A stretch of 63,959 nucleotides of DNA, filler included, from Octopus bimaculoides (GCF_001194135.2; 4 parts of 4 records of this genome joined end to end with filler, not necessarily neighbours in it); one strand, 5' to 3'. Numbered from the whole stretch's first letter, positions 11,727 through 24,642 are shown. Notes: generated from the letters alone by a model not told the origin. Numbers and translations are program-made.

Positions 11727-11883
11727 CCATTGGTGACACCCTATTCCACTGCCAGTGATTCTGAAATTCTTGAAGATACTTCCTTTTACAAACAAGGCTC
11801 CAGACTTAGTATGTCTGCAAGTGAGGATGACCCTCCATCTGGAAGTAATACTCCAAAACGTAGATTCAGTAGATTTCAGTTAG
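11727..11883 (+). CDS. unc80: UNC80 homologue, internal coding exon D (Ser-rich linker)
   Basis: Acceptor cttttactttgatag|11727 and donor 11883|gtacat; 157 nt, phase 0 to 1, open and in frame with exon C: PLVTPYSTASDSEILEDTSFYKQGSRLSMSASEDDPPSGSNTPKRRFSRFQL(G). Support is phase, splice signals and composition more than recognised homology. Confidence 0.75.
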
Positions 11884-13050
11884 GTACATCCATTTATTTA
11901 TTTTGAATTCTGGTAGAATATTGCTAACCTCTTTGAAATATGAGAATAATATTTCTATTCCATTGTTACTTTGTATTCACAGCTGCTACCATCTGGGTTT
12001 TAACCTGTTTTTTTTTTCTTGCTGTAGAAACTATTTCTACAGTAAAAAAAAAAAACTCTTTTATTATAATTACATGAATTATGATTTATCTTCTCTTAAG
12101 TCATCTAATTTTAATTGATGTATAAATGAATTGTTAAATATATTTCATTTATTTCCTACTTTATTTACTACTGAATGGTTCAAGAAGAAAAAGAGAATTT
12201 TAGACAGATTCTCATTATTGACTCCATTATTTCAGTTAGAGAAAATAATGCTAATAAAACTTCAATATTTTTATAACTTATACTTTTCATTTGCAGATTT
12301 TTATTTTAAAAAAAACCTACCATTTTACTAATATTTTAGCTCATTTCTTCCCAAAATTATATAGATTTTCTCAAAATTATATAGATTTAAAAAATAAACT
12401 TTTAAGGATTTTGCAAACTAAGTAAAAGACTAAAATTTTATGTAGAACATTATTATACCCATGCTGTCAAAAATAAAATATGTTTAAATAATTTTCATAA
12501 GGCTGAATTATTCCTTAAAAAATTTCAACTTTCCTCTCATTTTTTTCTAGGTTTGGGTTGTTTAAACTATTCTGTTTTTATCATTGTGGGGAAAATGTTG
12601 AAGATACAAAGAATACATAGAAAGTAGTTTTTATGTCATTTAAAAATATTATCATATTATTTAGTTAGATGTAAAAATTAATGGAAGTAGTATGTTGCTT
12701 TCATTATGAAAAACAGGAGGCATGGGGTATTTTACATTATTAGATAGCTAAAAGATTCCATTAAGATGTTGCAATGTTTATCATCTGTAGATTATTTGAC
12801 TTTAAATTTAAATGACTGATAGAAGCAACCAGATATATTGAACAGCCTTGTAGCTTATCTTAAAAAAAGAAAGAAAAAAATGCCTTATTATTGACAAGAA
12901 GCTAGCAGTATTTTTGTATTAATACAATCCATTAGCTGGATCACTCTACAAAGATCTGTTTGATCAATGCTTTTTATCTAATAACAAAAATAATGATTGA
13001 CTTGCTATTTTAGTATTAATTTTTTTTCCTTTGATTATTATCATACACAT

Positions 13051-13200
13051 AAGTAACAGTAACTTCATCAATTGTTATTTTTATCAATGTAAACCATTGT
13101 GTATATATGCATATATATATATATATATATATATACATACACACACATACATACGTATATATACACATACATACGTATATATATACACATACATACATAT

Positions 13201-13247
<47 letters not shown>

Positions 13248-13429
13248 CATATATACATACATATATATGTACATGTTGATATCTCAGTAGTGTACACACG
13301 CTTATATGTACACACATACACAATATATATATATATATATATATAACTATATACGTGTGTGTGTGTACACACACACATATATTAGTCTATATAGATAAAA
13401 ATAGCAATCAATGAAAGTTACTGTTACTT
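13051..13429. repeat. About 44-bp inverted repeats enclosing a compound TA/CA microsatellite
   Basis: aagtaacagtaacttcatcaattgttatttttatcaatgtaaac (13051-13094) vs the reverse complement of 13385-13429; roughly 80% identical by eye. Confidence 0.6.
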
Positions 13430-13755
13430 CTGTAAATAATAATGAAGGAAAACATTTATAAAAGAATGAGAAGTCAAACACTGTTTGTAAAACTTTTGAA
13501 TGATTTAGAGCTACAGGCTCATTTGAAGACATGCCTAAGTCTGGAAGGTTAGTCTCCATGAAACACAGCCTTCTAGACCCCTCAATCTTTTTGGTTTCCA
13601 GGTCAAAACGATAAAAGGTGGTGACATCAAATCTAAATTTTAGAAGGAAGCCACCTGTTTATCTACTATAACTCAGCCCTCTCTGACAGTGTTAAGACCA
13701 GGCACTTAAAAAATTAACCACAATGAAGGGGCTTTGAATCACTTTGTATATATAT

Positions 13756-13794
<39 letters not shown>

Positions 13795-14110
13795 TTATTT
13801 ATGGTTATATCCATGTATTATCATCATCATTTTAACATCCATTCTTGCTTGGGTCAGGCTGATTTTTCTGCAGCCGGATGCCCTTCATGTTGCCAGTCTT
13901 CGTTTCCTCATGACTAGACATGTTTTTATAGAAGATTGGAAACAAAGAAGACTGCTTGCATGATGGTGATATTTGCTTCAACTGTCACATACTGTCAAGG
14001 CAAGGAGATAGTAACACATTCCCCCACATACACACATACACACACATGCGTACACATATCACACACACACGCATATATATATGTATATATATATTTATGT
14101 ATGTATATGT

Positions 14111-14157
<47 letters not shown>

Positions 14158-14189
14158 CATACATACATACATATACATACATGATAGTG

Positions 14190-15200
14190 GTTGTCTACTC
14201 CTTATGCCTGTTTGCTTCATTCCTTTCAATCCTTCATAAGTCTTCTGCATTCAAGGCCCACATCTCACTACCATGGAGCATTGCAGTTTGAACTCGAACA
14301 TTGTACAATCTACCCTCTATTCTAAGAATGAGCTGGCAAAAGTTCTGTTGGCAACAAAGAAAACTTTTGTTTCCAGCAGAACTTTTCCAACCCATTCTTA
14401 CCCTGGCTTCTATATTTTCAAAATTAACACTTCCACTGTTAATAATGTCATCTAGGCAACAGAAGCTACCAACTACTTCTAGTGATCCTACCAAGCATTT
14501 AAGAAACTCTATTTCTTGTATGCACTTTGTACTTATTGCTCCAGTACATATGCCACATACAAAGCCTACTTTCTCTGTTAGTTTGCCTATAATTCCTACC
14601 TACTCTCATTGTCCATATTGAGCAAGGCTATGTCTCTGTCAGTATCTGGGTCTTGTCTTCTTTCCTACATACCAGCACTTTAATGTTTGCTATGTTTACC
14701 TTGGGTCCTTTTGATTCTGGACTTTGCTTCCATGTTTGCAATTTCTTCTCCTACTCTACTACAGATTCAACTACAAAAACTAAATCACCAACATGGAGTT
14801 CCCATGGACATCCAATCTTAAACTCCTCTGTGATGGTATGTGATAGGAAGGGAATGAAGACTGAATCTTGATGAACACCTATCTTCATGCTTATTTCACT
14901 ACTGAACCCATCACTGACACTCCCTTTAGTGACTGCGCCATTGTACATAGCTTGTAAAGCAGTCGCAAGTCATTCATTTACACATAGTTTCCTTAATGAA
15001 CACCAGACTGTAGAATGAACACCAGACTGTAGGGCATGGGTCCATGTCAAAAGCCTTCTCCAACTTCACGAATACTAAGTATATAGCATACTCTTAATTA
15101 AGTACTTCTACTGTTGCCTCACTAGGAAGCTGGCATAAGGCTGAATTGCACCTCAGCTAGGCTAATTCTGTTCCTGATCAATTGTGCTTTGACTCTTTCC
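14190..15200 (-). mobile_element. RTE-clade LINE, reverse transcriptase fragment (pseudogenised)
   Basis: Minus-strand ORFs: MYNGAVTKGSV...IGVHQDSV...TITEEFKIGCPWELHVGDLV (GVHQGS..WELLYADDL) and LEVVGSFCCLDD...ARVRMGW...GRLY...MLHGSEMW. Confidence 0.85.
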
Positions 15201-15715
15201 ATGACCTTCTCAAACATACACACACACATACATACATACATACATACATACATACATAATGGCTATCCACTTGTGACCAAAGAAGACCATCACTGACCAT
15301 TAAGAACATTGTGCACTCAGACAAAATTATATTTTACACTTGTGGATCCACTGGTGACTAATGAGCCCAGCTCTTGACAGACATGTCTGCAGATACTGAA
15401 GACCAAACTTCCTCCATTCACTACATTAGCTGTGTTTTTCAAGTAGACTGCTGCAGTGGTCACTCTCTCTCTCTCTATCTCTCTCTTTCCTACTCTCTCT
15501 CTCTCTTTCCTACTCTCTCTCTCTCTCTCTTTCCTACTCTCTCTCTCTCTCTCTCTTTCCTACTCTCTCTCTCTCTCTTTCCTACTCTCTCTCTCTCTCT
15601 CTNNNNNNNNNNTCTCTTTCCTACTCTCTCTCTCTCTCTCCTACTCTCTCTCTCTTTCCTACTCTCTCTCTCTTTCCTACTCTCTCTCTCTCTCTCTCAT
15701 ACATACATACATACA

Positions 15716-15744
<29 letters not shown>

Positions 15745-15748
<4 letters not shown>

Positions 15749-15929
15749 TCTTTCATTCTTCTACTTGTTTCAGTCATTGAATAAAGTTTTAGTCAAATGA
15801 ATAAATCCCAGTAGCTTTTTTTTTAAAGCCTGCTACTTATTATATAGGTCTATTCTGCTGAACCACTAAGTTACAGAGACATAAACAAACCAACACTGGT
15901 TTCCAAGAGAGGGAGGGAAATAAAGACAG

Positions 15930-16010
<81 letters not shown>

Positions 16011-16140
16011 ACACTTCTTTCAATCTCCATCAACCAAATTCACTCACAAGGCTTTGGTCGGCCTGAGGCTATAGTAGAAGACACTTGCCCAAGATGCCAT
16101 GCAGTGGGACTGAACCTGAAATCATGCAGCTGGGAAGCAA
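15745..16140 (-). mobile_element. CORE-type SINE (octopus OR1/OR2-like), CpG-decayed, internal (CA)n
   Basis: Reverse complement contains ttcagtcccactgcatggcatcttgggcaagtgtcttctactatagcctcaggccgaccaaagccttgtgagtg (CORE-like ACCTTGGGCAAGT). Confidence 0.75.
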
Positions 16141-16214
16141 AGGCTGGTCAATACAACGATATATATACACAGAGTAATTCAAAATCCCTTTATTTTGGTG
16201 AGATCGTAGATATG

Positions 16215-16608
16215 GCTGATACCAATGTTGCATAACTGGCCTGTTTAAAAGTACCCTTCAATCATCAGGCAATATGCTGTTTGAGAAGACTTGTTGTGTC
16301 AAGTGAAGTTATAGTCATAGCCGATGCCAGTGCCGCCTGACTGGCACACGTGCTGGTGGCATGTAAAAAGCACCATCCAAGTGTGGCCGATGTCAATGCC
16401 ACCTTACTGGCTCCCATGCCAGTGGCACATGAAAAAACACCCACAATACTCTCGGAGTGGTTGGCATTAGGAAGGGCATCCAGCTGTAGAAACCTTGCCA
16501 GATCAGATTGGAGCCTGGTGCAGCCTCCTGGCTTGCCAGTCCTCAGTCAAACAGTCCAACCCATGCCAACATGGAAAGTAGACGTGAAACAATGATGATG
16601 ATGATAAT
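16215..16608 (+). mobile_element. RTE LINE 3' UTR / RTE-tailed non-autonomous element
   Basis: gtgctggtggcatgtaaaaagcacc...ggaagggcatccagctgtagaaacc...cccatgccaacatggaaag...(GAT)n tail; related minus-strand copies at about 8660-8800, 13815-13900, 20365-20600 and 21560-21800. Confidence 0.7.
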
Positions 16609-16980
16609 GGTATGTTTTTTATGTACTTGGTCTTATTACTAATTAGGAGAACTGAGTTATAGTAGATTAACAAATCTATGCAAGTGGCTTTCTTCCAAAA
16701 TTTAGTTTTGATGTCACCCTACTCTATAAGTTTAAGTTGAAAATCAAGTTGAGAGAAGGATTCAGAAGTGTGTGTTTCACTAAAATCGCTTGACCTTCCA
16801 GGCCTAGGCAGGTCTTCACTTGCACCTGTTACTTTAAATCATATGAAAGTTTCACAAAAGGCAACATGTTTAGGAGTGTTCCAATTTTGTTCTCTTTTCA
16901 ACATCGTTTCATTATATTGTGCAATTTTTAGAACAACGAATAGTCTCTTATCATTTGATAACATTTTCCTAAATTATATA

Positions 16981-17020
<40 letters not shown>

Positions 17021-17115
17021 GCATTTACGTGCACACAGACATACACACACACATGCTCACACACATACAAACACACACACACACACACACGTGCACATGC
17101 ACACACGCACACACA

Positions 17116-17151
<36 letters not shown>

Positions 17152-17529
17152 AGAAGAGATATTTACTACAAAACAGCTGAGATTGTATTAGAAATATTCA
17201 CAAAACCATAATAAAAATAAAAGAGCAAACATTTTTATATATCATTTCTCACATGCACACACATATGCTCATTCTAATATACTCATGTACACACACTACA
17301 TACACGCATATATAATCTCAAGTATATTATATCAATTTATTGTGTGTTCAATATCAGGTTGGTCGCATTTATAAATATATTAATATGAGGTAAATGGCAT
17401 AAATCTGAAGATTAAGGTAAATACTCTTACTGAGAACTTACTACAGAAAATTTCAGCTTTAGTAAAGGTTTAAATTACAAAATTGAAATTTGTTAATAAT
17501 TTTGTATGCTAATCTTTCTTATCATAATC

Positions 17530-19560
17530 TTACTTTTATCCATGCTTGCATGGAATAGATAGCAGACAGAGATGGGAACTCATCTCCTCCACAGTATCTT
17601 ACTACTTGTTGCAATTCTTTGTCATTTCCTTTATGAGGCTCAGCATTCTGAAATCAGCCTTCACCACTTCTTTCCACCACTTCCTCAATCATCCTCTTCT
17701 GCAAGTTTCATCTGTTTGGATTACTTTGTGTTTCTTTAACCCAAATGTCATCCTTTATATACATTGCACACCCATTCAAAGTCTTCTATCTTGCACCACA
17801 ACATCTTATTCCTTCTTATACTTATTTTTGTTCTCTCAGATCATTTGTGCTTTGTTGTTCATGTACAGTCACATCTAGTGGAACATACTCCATTTCTTTG
17901 CAGCTTTATCACACCCTCTCCATTCATTTCTCATGTTTTACTACGTTGCAGCATTGCACTTTAGAGCAAGCATTATACAATTTGTCCTTTACTTAGAGTG
18001 ATAGTTACTTAGCTACCATCAAAGGTGTTAATTCTCTGAGCTTGTTCCATCCTGTTCTTATTCTAGATACTATGCTTCTGGAATGCCCATTTCCTCTACT
18101 GATCAGGTCACCTAGATTACAAAAGCTGTCAACTATTTCTAAAGAGTCATCAAACCATTTAAAGGAACCTATTTCATGAGTGCTTTTACTACTAACTATG
18201 CCTGTATGTCTGCAACATATAAAGTCCTCTTTTCTGTCAGTTTACTTGTGTTTCCACTACATTTCTTCTTTTTCATAGTTTATCTTGGACACACATATCA
18301 AGTATGGCCTCTTCTCTGACGGCAGCAAAAATTTATATCATTTCTTGCTATATACGATTTTTGTTTTTGCTAGGTTTACATTAAAATGCTTGATTTTGAG
18401 CTCTGCTTTCATGTTTAGAATTTTTCCTTTAATTCTTTGACTGGCTTGAGCTCATTTCATATGGCCTAGAGAACTATAATAAACAAGAATAAGCCAAGGA
18501 CTGAGCCCTTACTGAACTTGTACTTAATTCTCACCTTTCTGGGAGCATCCCTGCACATGACTTGCACAGCTATCATAAGTTATTTACCCACTGCCAGTTT
18601 CATTAGCAGCCACCAGATTATGTATTGTGTAACCCTGTCAAAGACTTGCAGATCGGCAACTGCTTGGTATTATGGCTAATTCTTATCTAAAAGCTTCTGT
18701 AGTTATCTCATTATGAAGAGGGCATTGGTGGTATTGCATTCTGGTATAAACTCAAACTGCATCTCATCTAGGCTAATTCTCTTCCTAATGAATTATGCTA
18801 TAACTCCTACTTTCCTTGCTCAGTCCATTAAGCAGATACTGCCTTAGTTGCTTCTTACTAAAGCATCTCTTTTGTCCTTGTAGTAGTTGACAACATTACA
18901 TCTGTGCTTGTCACTGGAGACAACACTTCCTTGCAGTACTTGATTTACTGTGTGAATGATGAGTGTGTCTGACATTGTTGGATATTTTCTGGACCTCAGT
19001 GGCTACTCTTGATTGTCTAGCCACTTTTCCTACCTTCATATCCTTAGTGGCCATTTTGAATGTTGGATCTGTTTGTAGTCCTTCTCTCATACATTCTTTT
19101 TATTTAGCAATCTATCATAATAGCATTGCCAAACCTCTTTATTCTTTGAATCAGTAAGGGCAAGTGTCCCACTGTTACTTCATACACTTTTCTTCAACAA
19201 TGTCTGATTCATATTGACACTGCTTGGCAATGTGGATCACCTCACACTTCTAGTCATCTCATCATAGAACAACAGCAAACCATTCACTTTCTGTTTAACT
19301 CCTTGCTAAGTATATCTGATGTCTAGCATCTCTTTTAGTTACCTGATATTGTTCCTCGCACTTTCACCTTCATCCATTGTTTTGGGGCTTGTCTTTAAAA
19401 CTTTTTGTTCTATCTACTGTAGCATTCCACCACTATGTCACTATTTGGTAAAACTTTGCTCAGTCCATAAACTTGGTCTGTGGTCCATAGTAGATGACTG
19501 TATACAAAACTCCTAGTTCTTTTCTGTATTACAGCTCGCTATCTCTTCCTCTTTCCCATT
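17530..19560 (-). mobile_element. RTE-clade LINE, about 2-kb decayed ORF2 fragment
   Basis: Purine-rich minus strand with remnants like WWN.AVD...KRDARHQIYLAR and the RT region; apparently the same family as 14190-15200; many stops and frameshifts. Confidence 0.7.
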
Positions 19561-20612
19561 ATGGTTGACACCTTAGTTTTTCTTTGGATTTATATTTGAC
19601 CAAAGAATCCTTCAGTTTGTATATCTTCCTTCTCCATATTATCTGTCACTTCAGTTTTGAGTCGTATACAACATTTATAAACTCACATATCTTATATACT
19701 TCAAGACTGAGCATTTTTCAGCACATCCTCATAGAAGTAATCTCAATGCATCAAAAAAAAAAAGAAAAAAATCATCATCTCAAAACCAATGTAATAATCT
19801 ACACTAAGAGAGTTACTTAAACCATGAGTCACACTAACCTTATCAAAGACCATAACTAACAACTGCTTAATCAATTAAGACCATCAGTAAACTTTGTGTG
19901 ATTGAAAGTGGTAGGGAAGGAGGGAGAGAGTGCATAGGGCTTGAAAGTCTTCTTGCATTCTCCTCCCCCTAGTGTAATGCCATTCAGAGTGATTCACTGA
20001 ATAGCTGATCACTTGCTAAAGAACTTCTCAATCCTATCACTGATTTTCTCCATTTTTATTCTTGTCTTATACTCCGAATTTCTTGTAATTCTTGTAAGCG
20101 ATATTTGGATTTACTTGTCATACATGATGAATTACCTTGGATGTTAATTCTGCTTGAATTTATTGGTATCTGATTATTTGATATAGTTAGCCAAATTCAT
20201 TTAACACTGAGTGCTTTATAAGATATCTGCCTGGATTTATTAATCCCTTTTACTTCTTATCATATATCATCATCGTCATCATCATCGTCATCATCGTCAT
20301 CATCATCGTCATCATCGTCATCATCATCGTCATCATCATCGTCATCATCGTCATCATCATCATTTAATGTCCATCGTCATGCTGGCATGGGTTGGATTGT
20401 TTGACAAGGGCTGGCTAGCCAGAGGACTGCACCAAACTCCACTGTCTCTTTTGACATGGTTTTTATGGCTGGATGCCCTTCCTTATACCAACCACTTTAT
20501 AGAGTGGATTGAGTGCTTTTCACATGACATAGCACTGACAAGGCCCACTTTGGCATGGTTTTTATAGTTGGATGTCCTTCCTAATGCCAACCCCTCTACA
20601 GAATATATATAG

Positions 20613-20653
<41 letters not shown>

Positions 20654-21559
20654 ACACACACAGAGTGTGTGCTTGAGATCCTTTGGACAACATTGTCTGA
20701 TGGGGAATTTGTAAGGTTGGTTCTGATTGGTTAAGGCAAGTATTGTAGAGGGCAGCAACTCATGGTTATTGTTTTCAAGGGCAATTACTCTGCACGTCTG
20801 GTTAAGATGAGCTAAAATGAAATTTGTGCAACCAGAGATTTGGGAAATTATTTCTGTTTGCACCTTGGTGTATCACATGAAAAATGGTAACCAGCCATGA
20901 AAGTGTGTGTGAATGTGTATTGTATATATATACAGATATATATCATCAATAAATCATAAATCCGAAAAAGAAGTGGCCATTTGCTAGAGGCCATAGGCCG
21001 AAAGGTTTTAGGATCTGAAGGAATGCTGTAAAGCTAAGCAATTTATGGACATGAAACCCCAGGTCACCCCATAGACTGGCCATATCTATCTTTATCTATG
21101 TAAGCATATATATATATCGTATGGTAAGATGAAAGGTAATGTTGTAAGTAGGAGAGGTTAAGAAGATAGGTAAAGGAGAAGGGTGAAATAATACAGCAGA
21201 ATAAATTTAAAAGAAAATCGAAAGAAGATAAAATAAGATAAGAAAAGATGAAATGAAGAATGAAGGGGTTTAATTTTCATGATAGGCTTAGTGATACAAA
21301 GATATTAAAGACTTTTGAAGTTTCAAAATTTTAAAAGTTATGAAGTTTTCAGGTTTTCAAGTTATAAAAGTTACAAATGTTTCAAAAACTTCATAGATTT
21401 AAGAAATTAAGGATATATAAAAGGTTTATGGGTATAGAAGTGGATATGTAGATAAATAAATACATGAATAGATAAGTATTTGGGTGAGACAGACTGAAGG
21501 GTAGATTGATAGATAGAAAGACAGATACATAAAATGATAAATAGACAGATAGATAGATG

Positions 21560-22117
21560 GACCACGCTCGAATAGTGCTTCTTATGTGCCACCAGCACTG
21601 GCATCAGCCATGCTCGAATGGTGCTTTTTACATGCCACTGGCGTGGGTGCCAATCAGGCAGCACTGGCATCAACCACAACAACAATTTCACTTGACTCAA
21701 CAGATCTTTTCAAGCCCAGCATATTGCTCAACAATTGAAGGGTACTTTTACATGGGCCAGTTATGCGATACTAGCATCGGCCATTGATACAATTTCACTT
21801 AGCTTGCTGGGTCTTCTCAAGCACAGCATATCTCCAAAGGTCTCGGTCACTTGTCATTGCCTCTGTAAGGCCTAACATTCAGAGGTCTTGCATCATCACT
21901 TCATCCCAGGTTTTCCTGGGTCTACCTCTTCCACAGGTTCCCTCGACTGTTAGGGTGTGACACTTCTTCACACAACTGTTTTCATCCATGTGCAACACAT
22001 GACCATACTAGCACAGTCATCTCTCCTGCACTCATCTGATGCTTCTTATGTCCAACTTTTCTCTCAGGGCACTTACACTCTGTCATATATGTACACTGAC
22101 ATTACACATCCAGCGAA
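21560..22117 (-). mobile_element. RTE-clade LINE 3' end, cut off by the end of the segment
   Basis: Reverse complement gives remnants KLDIRSIR...YGHVLHMDENSCVKKCHTLTVEGTCGRGRPRKTWDEV plus 3' UTR. Confidence 0.8.
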
Positions 22118-22217
22118 NNNNNNNNNNNNNNNNNNNNNNNNNNNNNNNNNNNNNNNNNNNNTTAATTAATTAANNNNNNNNNNNNNNNNNNNNNNNNNNN
22201 NNNNNNNNNNNNNNNNN
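22118..22217. other. Artificial sequence-joining spacer 1
   Basis: Exactly 44 N + TTAATTAATTAA (22162-22173; stops in all six frames) + 44 N = 100 bp. Confidence 0.95.
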
Positions 22218-22360
22218 GATATTGGTGTACTGATATCATGTAGGATAAATATAGTAATAATATCAATAGTCATTGGATAGAATTTATAAGAGGCATGTGA
22301 TTTGTAGAAAAGCGCGTAGCGATACATTAAATATTTTTAAATTCCATCCGAGGAATGATG

Positions 22361-22405
<45 letters not shown>

Positions 22406-23529
22406 TAGTTTTATTTTTATAACGTGCTTTCACTTCACTACCGACACACAGACACACACACACGCATTCAATATATTTTTCTTAGATATGATCCATATTT
22501 CTTGTAGACTAACACATCTGAAACTATGCATACATACAGTACCGTCATCAGTAAGTGCAAGCAGATTAGTATAAAATCATTGATTGCCATGAAGTCGAAA
22601 GAGAACATAACTCGTCTGGTCTAAAATTCGTAAAATTTAAATGATTTTTCTGTACATATAAATCATTATAGTGAAAGCGCTCCACCATCAAAATTTAACA
22701 TTAAAATTTAGAAATAAGAAGAGGACTTTTATAACAGCAATAGAAATAAATATTTCGCAATTTTAACGAGAACACTTCCTCGTCCGAAGTTTAGAAAGGT
22801 GTTCACTGAAGTAGATTATATTGATTTCATATATTATTATATTACCGTTCTGAAATTGATTATATTCTATCTCTTTGAGCAATTTTCCAAACTTTACAGG
22901 AAGTAATATTGCCGTTATATTTGTGAAATATTTATTTTTATTGCTATTATAATAAACCCCTTCCGATTTTTAATTTTTAATGCTAAATTCCGACGGTAGA
23001 GCATTTTAACTGTAATGATTTCTACGCGAAGAGGAAACAAGCAAATTTCATGACTTTTCGTCTGGATATAATATATTCTGGTTTTTCTCTATGGTACTAC
23101 CAGGGTCTATGAAATTAGTAATTTTCTTTCTTTGCGGCTGCTACTGACGGGGTTGTGAATTTAGAATTCTGGATGCATATGTTCACGAGAAAAATGCGTC
23201 CATGTCTAGCGAAAAATATCCATACATACATGCATACACATGTATACATGCATACATACAAACGTACACACATATACAAGCCATGTGTGTTTGCCAATAC
23301 AAATACAATCTCCACTCTAACTCAAAGTTGTTAGCTTGGGTCAAGACCTGGTTGAGTCAGAAGCTGTTTCTGATTTTCATTGATGATTTTGGGCAACTTG
23401 CATCTCCATGTTGTTTCATTAATTTGATTCATCTCGTCCAGTCGTTGCTGAATTATTTGTTCTGTATTTTCATGTATAATATATGCAGCTTTGATAATGA
23501 GTGGTGAAACAATTGCAGTTAGAGTCATT

Positions 23530-24070
23530 GTACGCCACCTGCGGAAATTTCACTGAGTGCAAGCGCAGCGGTAAAAAAAATTAATGATGTGGAAGACCTA
23601 GGAACTGTCAACGAACATGTGGCACAAAAGTTGGTTCAGACGTTTCAACGAAGGTGAAACCAACATCGAAGACAAAAGAAGTACAGAGAGACCTTCTATA
23701 GTGGAAGATGAGGCCTTGTTTGGAATAGTTGAAAAACAACCAAGAAAATGCACTTGAACGTTGTCCTTCACAAAACAACATCAGTCGACACTTCCATAGA
23801 CTCAGCTTTGCGAACAGACGCCATCAAGAAGATCCTCATGAACTTACCAATGGCCAAACTCAATGACGTGAGAACAGTTGCAAATAACTGCTGGCGAATC
23901 CTCGAGATGCCCATCTTTGGCGTTGAATTGTAACAGGACATGACAAATGGATGTAGTTTCGCAATCCTAATAAACGAAATCAGTGGCTTCGTTCAGGCCA
24001 CTTCAGAAACTGTTTTCAAACAAGAGCGGTTTGAACAGGTTATGTTTTGCATTTGGTGGAATTCGAAAAC
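23530..24070 (+). mobile_element. Degenerate mariner transposase fragment (HTH plus first catalytic region)
   Basis: Remnants SAAVKKINDVEDLGTVNEHVAQ..WFRRFNEGETNIEDK...RPS, IVTGHDKW (IVTGDEKW) and QVMFCIWWN (KVMLCVWW). Confidence 0.75.
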
Positions 24071-24581
24071 TTTTGACTCAACTTCTTACAAGTGTATTTC
24101 TAATAAGAGAGCGACAAATACACAGTCTGTTGAAATATATTCCATACAGTTTATCTGCACACGTTTCTATCGAACATTTGCATATGATATTATACATGCA
24201 TGTAACGCCATTGAGTCTATGTACAAAGATTATACCACAAGAAGTTTAATAATTTTATACTTTTATGCATTATAGTAGCGCCATAAAGTAGAAACAGATC
24301 ATATCATGCCCAGCCAAACAGTCGTGTAATTCAGTTGTATCCTCTTCTCATGCAAATTTTTACAATGAAAATGATACACCTTCGAAATTCACCATGAAAA
24401 ATTAATTCAGAAGGTGGTTATTGTAATAACAATATTCAGAATATTTATTTCTGTTGTCCTCTTTGCGATTACTTTTGTCCTCTGTGCCTCGTGATGACGG
24501 TATTGTAAGAATGAATAGTTTTATATGCATATGTTTGTTAGAAAGATGTGCCTATGTTCAGGGAAAATCATATAGAATATC

Positions 24582-24587
24582 TGTCTG

Positions 24588-24642
<55 letters not shown>

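Noticed and set aside
20981-21005. GGCC-ata-GGCC-GAAA hairpin resembling hammerhead stem II
   Set aside because: The upstream core is TTGCTAGA rather than CTGANGA, and no stem III or NUH site can be formed.
11884-22117. Further unc80 exons after exon D
   Set aside because: The acceptor-like sites I tried (e.g. 12298, 12551, about 20675) give stops or implausible peptides in the required phase 1; the next exon is probably on another scaffold.
22162-22173. TTAATTAATTAA motif repeated three times in the window as a possible biological signal or CRISPR-like repeat
   Set aside because: Always centred in exactly 44+44 N; it is a synthetic six-frame-stop linker.
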